From: Selaginella moellendorffii
Lineage: Eukaryota > Plantae > Lycopodiophyta
Direction: 5' to 3'
Length of the DNA stretch: 64,000 nucleotides
Assembly (NCBI RefSeq): GCF_000143415.4
Contig: NW_003314369.1
Location: 1-64,000, forward strand
Part shown: positions 58,765 through 64,000 of the stretch, piece after piece
Layout: each line of letters begins with the position of its first letter
How positions within the stretch are numbered: position 1 is the first letter of the stretch
Position numbers and translations under genes: made by a program
The notes under the pieces: generated by a model
What the model was told of the DNA's origin: nothing
What the model saw: only the letters and a program-made list of their open reading frames with translations
The model's database searches: none

Positions 58765-60730
58765 TCATGGCCAGCCCCCTCGTGATCCTTTGCGGCGAAG
58801 GTACCCCATCTTGACAGACCTCTCAAAGTCCCAGTGGAGATTATCGTTTTTCAAGCACCAGAATGACCATCCGAGCGACGCTCCAGCACCAAAAACTTCG
58901 AGCTGGGCAGTGGCATAGGCAGTGTAGTCCGAGCTCGAGGCACCAGTTACGTTCAGCTCGTTTGTCCATTCACCTTCCAAGAAAAAAAAAAAGAAAAATC
59001 AGATCTCTTCTTCCATGTAAAACGATCTTCTTACCAACAAAGATGGCCGGCCCCCCAGTGACGCGAAGAGAATCTAGCTGCTGCTTCCTTTCATTGTAAA
59101 CGTAGTCTATGTTCCACTGGACAGATTTGCCGTAGAATGTGACGTAAAAGAGGTTGTAGAGATGGATGTCAAGCGCAACGTTCGAGTAGCCATTCTCTTT
59201 TGTCAAAAGATTGGCGAGCTCGTTTGGATCAGCTCCAATTCTCTGGCACATAATCACGTATGCGGTCGAGGTGTGCTTCCGGACTGTCTGATAGCCTAGA
59301 GTGTAGTACTGCTTGAGAGTCTCGAATGAAACATCGTCACTTCTAGGCTCGTTTAAGAGCTCGATGCCAAGCAAGGCAGGATTTTTCGAGTACCTGGTGG
59401 AGTGGTATACTTAACAATGAGGTTTTGGAGAGAATGTAGAGCTCAACGATACCTGGAAGCAAGAAAATCGATCACTTGGATGGTTTGAGAGATGTACTTG
59501 GGCTGACTCCAAATGGAAACTCCGTCGCGTGTTCCACTGTGCTCCCACGGGTTTTGTGATCCAGGAGCTCCATGAAGATCAATGATAACTTTCATGTTGT
59601 TCATCCTGGATCGTAAGAAAAATTATCAGAGCTTGAAAAAGGCGAGAACGAGGAATCTAAGTTACCCGGCCCATTGAAAAGCATTGTCAAGAGCTTGCAG
59701 AGAGCCTCCAACAAAAGGAAAAGGTGGTTTTGGATCGTACGCTATCCACCATCCGACGGGGATCCTCACGGCGTTGATCCCGTTGGATGCAAGGAACTTG
59801 AAATCATTCGCGGTCACAAGGCCGTTTCTATGTTGCTGGAAACCAAAGAACGAAACGCATTCAGATATGTGACACGAAACTTGCTTGGTACCTCGAAGAT
59901 TGCCGGTGCTGCAGCGAGGCCATAACCATTTGCCAACTGAAACTCTCCTCCAAGGAGGGTGTTGACAAACATTTCGAAAACGGCAGGATTGTTATCCCAG
60001 CCTGGAGTTCCTTTGTAATCTGCTGTAAGTTGGCTTGGATCCTTTGCCTGTGAAGTACAAAGGTAAGGAGGAAAGTTCAAGTAAAAGAAGCGCAAGATCT
60101 TTCGGACCTGTAAATACATGCCGCTGTGAGCTCTGAGGTGAACTCTCTTACTCGAGCTCGGGTCACGAATAATCTCGAAAGTTTCCCACATATCTGGTGA
60201 AGATTTGGAGGCCTCCACGGCGCCTTCATCTGAAGCCGAAACAAAGTCATTGTTGGAGACACGTAGCTGGAATCTAGTGCTAGTAACTCTCCACAGCTGC
60301 ATAAAGAGAAAAAGAAGATTAAGAAGATGAAAGAAAGGTTTTCTACGCGAAACGCTTTACCTTGAAAGTTTCCCACTCTGAAGCTGATGGTCTGTTGACA
60401 GAAATCTTCTGTCCACCTCCGCCATCGGCAGACACGAACAATCCAAGTTTGAGGGATCTCAGCTGGATTTGTGTTCCATCCTAGTTTTAAGAAATCGTAG
60501 AGAGTAAGCAAACCAGCAAGCAAGAGATGGAAGAAAGGAAAGAAAAGTACCAAGAGGTCTTTGTTTGGAATTCCATCAAAGAGAGACGGTTTGATCCATT
60601 TCTCGATCACTAGCCATCCTCCGAGATTGACCGCACGGATTTTTCCAAATGCTTCTCCACCTTTTCCATGTGAGAAGAAGAAACAAAACAAGAGCGCGTG
60701 AGAAAGGAACAAGACTAGAAAACGAAGCAT
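58765..60730 (-). CDS. Glycoside hydrolase family 5 exo-beta-1,3-glucanase-like protein, multi-exon
   Basis: Signal peptide, [20 protein letters not shown], fascin-like insert, [37 protein letters not shown]. Confidence 0.92.
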
Positions 60731-61344
60731 CGATCCGTCCAACTCTACAAGCGCATACCGTGATGATCCGACGCATTGGTGATTTGCCTTCCAGAAGCTG
60801 AAAAACCGAAACGCTCACAGTCAAGTAAAGAACGAACCCAAAGAAAAACTCCATGACTAACCGCTGAGAAATGGGAGAAGCAGCAGCAAGAGCAGCGGCC
60901 GCGCCGGCATTTTGGAGTGCCCGAGAAGGGGCAAAAAAACGGCATTTGTAGCATACGCTGGATCCAGAAACAATGCCAAGAACAGTGTAAAGGGAATTTC
61001 CACTCGCACTGCCCCAATACCCGAAAGTCAATGTAAGATTTGTAGCTCCTGCGCCGCGCTGCCGCGCCATTCAACCGCACAGAGCACGAGCACTGCGATC
61101 CAGGTAGAAAATTTATTTTAGGGCTCCTGGGTTTTGTAAAGATTCTTATATTCTTCTAAGAACCCTAATTTTAAAGTTACCCATGGTAATGGTAACTAGG
61201 ATAAAATAAGGGCACGTAAAGTTTGATGGGATCTAGGTAGGTTGGTGGGCAATGTCGAAACCATTGAGTCGAGGGTATACAAATCTTAGGGCTTGAAATT
61301 TTTTGCCGGCCATGGTCGCCAATGGCGCAATGAAGTAGAGGCCA

Positions 61345-64000
61345 ATGTCAGGGTTTGGGAGGGGTGGAGGGAAGGGCGGCCATGGACGCGGTAGCGGCGG
61401 CGCCGGAGGGATCGCGGCCCTCCGCCGAGGTATGCCGCCCAAGAAGAGTCAGCAGCAGCAGCAGCTCTCCAAATCCGCGGGAGCTGCGCCGCGCAACGAT
61501 TCCAGCTCCTCCGCCAGTGCCCTAGAGGAGTCCTTCCAGCTGGTATGCGCTCCGCAGGGCTCGTCGCAGTTCGCGATGATGATCCGCCTCACTCCCGGAT
61601 TGCTGGATGAGCTCCGCCGCGCCGAGGCCGAGGGCGCGGCTTCCAGCATCAAGTTTGCGAGCCATCCTAGCGGCGGTCATGTAAGTTCTTCGCTCTAGCC
61701 TAGACATTTATTTCTGGCATTCTCGATCGTGCTAGGGAGTGACTGATGGGTGTCTTCTCTTCACAGCTATTAAAGGTGGGACACGAAGAGTATAAGTTCT
61801 CGTCAGCGCCAGAGCCGGGGGAGCTTTGCGACGTTTTTGAGGAGCAAAAGGCTGGAGAGGACGGGCAGGGAGTGCTCGCGTCAGTGGGATCTGTGTGGAG
61901 GAAGATTGCTGTGCAGCGAACTCTCAGCGCCAGCGAGAAGGACAGAGTGAAGAAGCGCTCGGTTGAGGCGGAGCAGCAACTCAAGTCCCGGAAGTAAGTT
62001 CTCTCGTGAGATGTGTAGCATTTATCTTTCCATTCATTTGTGCGTGCTTGCAGGGCCATTCTCGTGGATTCTTCGCTGATGAAAGCGGAGACGGCTGCAC
62101 CGGGAGATGGTAAGTCTTTTCAATGCTTCTGCTGCAGAGTTTTCCTCACCACGATTGTTTGCACAGCTGCTGCCAGAAGACCTCCAATAAAAGGGAAGAA
62201 GGAACCGCCACCGAAGAAACGAAAGGTCACACCGGCAGGTAAGTTGCTGTGAGGGTGTTCTTAATTTTGCTGAAGAAATAAATTTTTTAGTGGTTCCTGC
62301 TAAGTCTAAGCCACCTCCTGCTCATTCTGCCTCAGTACCGTCTAAGGAGAAAAATGGACCGCTACTAACTGCGGAGCCGGCTGTGCCTCCGGCAGCTCGC
62401 TCTCCGCCTCTAGCTGCGACTGCATCCGCTCCTCCGCATTCTCTGCCAAGTGTGGAGAAGCGTGCGCTTGTCGAGGAGATCACCATCGGAAGCGCCTCGC
62501 CAGCTAAAGCGGTTCCAAAGGAGAAGGAAAAGGAGAAGGAGAAGGAGAAAACGTCGGCGGCTACAACACCCGAAGTTCATGTCAAGACGACGACCTCTGC
62601 CGGAGGAGCCGCAGGAGGAACAGTGAACATGACTGAATTGCGAAACACCATAATTGCTTTATTGACCGAAACCCCGAGGGGAATGAAGGTACAGTTTTAG
62701 CTGCATACACGAAGCTCATCCTTGGTTTTGCAGGCTATTGAAAAATCATTAAGCGAAGTAATGCCGCAACCGGACAGAAGGAACATCGAGAAGATTTTAA
62801 AATCGGTAACTTTAGTTTTATATTCTACATTTTTTCTCTACTTATGGTGTTTCATGCCTACAGATCGCTCTATATAAAGCTCCGGGAAAATACGAACTCA
62901 AGCCTGGAGTTCAGCCGGAAAGTTATACAGGGCCATCTCCTGGAAGTGGCAGGTATGTTTATATTTCAAAGGCGCTCTTTTGTGCCGATCCGTAAGAATT
63001 GTTTTTTCTTCTTCAGTTTACCAGATGCAACGGCAGTGGACTCTCCTGAATCTCCTGCCGGTGCTGCTGAATCCAAGGCGGATGAGTTTGCGAAGTTACC
63101 TGCCGCAGGTGTCGAAGTAGAACGGATAGATATCGGGGAAGAGGATGAGAGTCCGGCGAAGTCACCAGTGCTACTAGAACATAAAACCAACGCCATACAA
63201 GAAAAGGACGAAGAGGAGGGAGAAGTTCAACCGGGAGGAACTCCAGGGGACGATGCTAATATTACTGTAGAGCCTTTGGAGGAGCCGAATCCTCCCAAGG
63301 CTGCGGCGAGCAGTGGTTCTAGTAGCACCAGTGGCAGCGATAGCGACTCTGATAGTGAAAGCGATAGCAGTAGCGGAAGCGGAAGTAGTGGAAGTAGTGG
63401 CAGCGAATCCAGCAGTAGCAGCGACGAGGAGGACGAAAATGTTGATATTGTGAGCGACGACGATAACCACAAGCCGAAAGCCAAAGCAGAGAAAAGGTCT
63501 CACAAATCCAAGCCTGCGAGTGCGAGACCTGGCTCCGAAAGAAAGACTCCTGACGAACTTCACAGAGATAAGGACTCCGAGGACATCGACATTGTTGACG
63601 CAGATGATAGCTCCAAACTCAACTCTATCGTGGAGAGAATAACGGAGACTATACCGTTAGAGGTTGACATTATTCCATGCGATGGTGACTCACCTGAAGA
63701 GGCACTGGAAGTCAAGAGCGACGTGCCTGAGTTGCCAGCTCCTACTCAAAGTCAGAGTCGACCGCGTGAAGACGAGAAGCGAGAAAAACCAGTCGAGCCT
63801 CCGGTCTCCAAGGCGCTGGAACAAAACTCGAGAGAACGAGCTTCTTCACGGGCACATACTGATAAAAAGTTGGAACCACATACACGAGACACCACTTTTG
63901 AAGCAGCAGAGGCGAGGAGTTCTGGCCCCGAGGCTTATCCAAGGACATCATCTGGACCTGAGGCTCATCCCAAACATTCTGGACCCGAGACTCATCCTCG
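61345..64000 (+). CDS. At3g21290-like (dentin sialophosphoprotein-related, putative ELL/occludin-domain) protein, runs off the window
   Basis: EESFQLV..FAMMIRLTP, CDVFEE..GEDGQG, WRKIAVQRTL...KSRK conserved N-terminus; Ser/Asp-rich tract; GT-AG introns. Confidence 0.75.

Overview
Eukaryotic plant nuclear DNA. The very short GT-AG introns (about 45-70 nt) and compact genes suggest a lycophyte such as Selaginella (inference). Bases 1-55 kb are a nested transposon and pseudogene island. It holds a few intronless genes (an MpaB/DUF2236-like oxygenase, an F-box protein and a germin-like protein), a tRNA-Asp, several Ty3/gypsy elements, a copia element, a LARD-like element, LINE fragments and a decayed nuclease-kinase (Crinkler/FunK1-like) gene. 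Bases 55.5-64 kb are three conserved multi-exon genes: PRMT5, a GH5 exo-beta-1,3-glucanase and an At3g21290-like protein. The main finding is a chromovirus LTR-retrotransposon family present in two independent insertions. Its integrase is interrupted by two tiny spliceosomal-type introns (47 and 52 nt), one just before the catalytic Glu and one just before the GPY/F motif. It also has a candidate 55/57-nt intron at the Gag/Pol junction and a dense hairpin array with GNRA and tRNA-like T-loops between pol and the 3' LTR. Together these suggest a splicing-controlled retrotransposon life cycle (inference). All coordinates were read by eye and no database searches were run.
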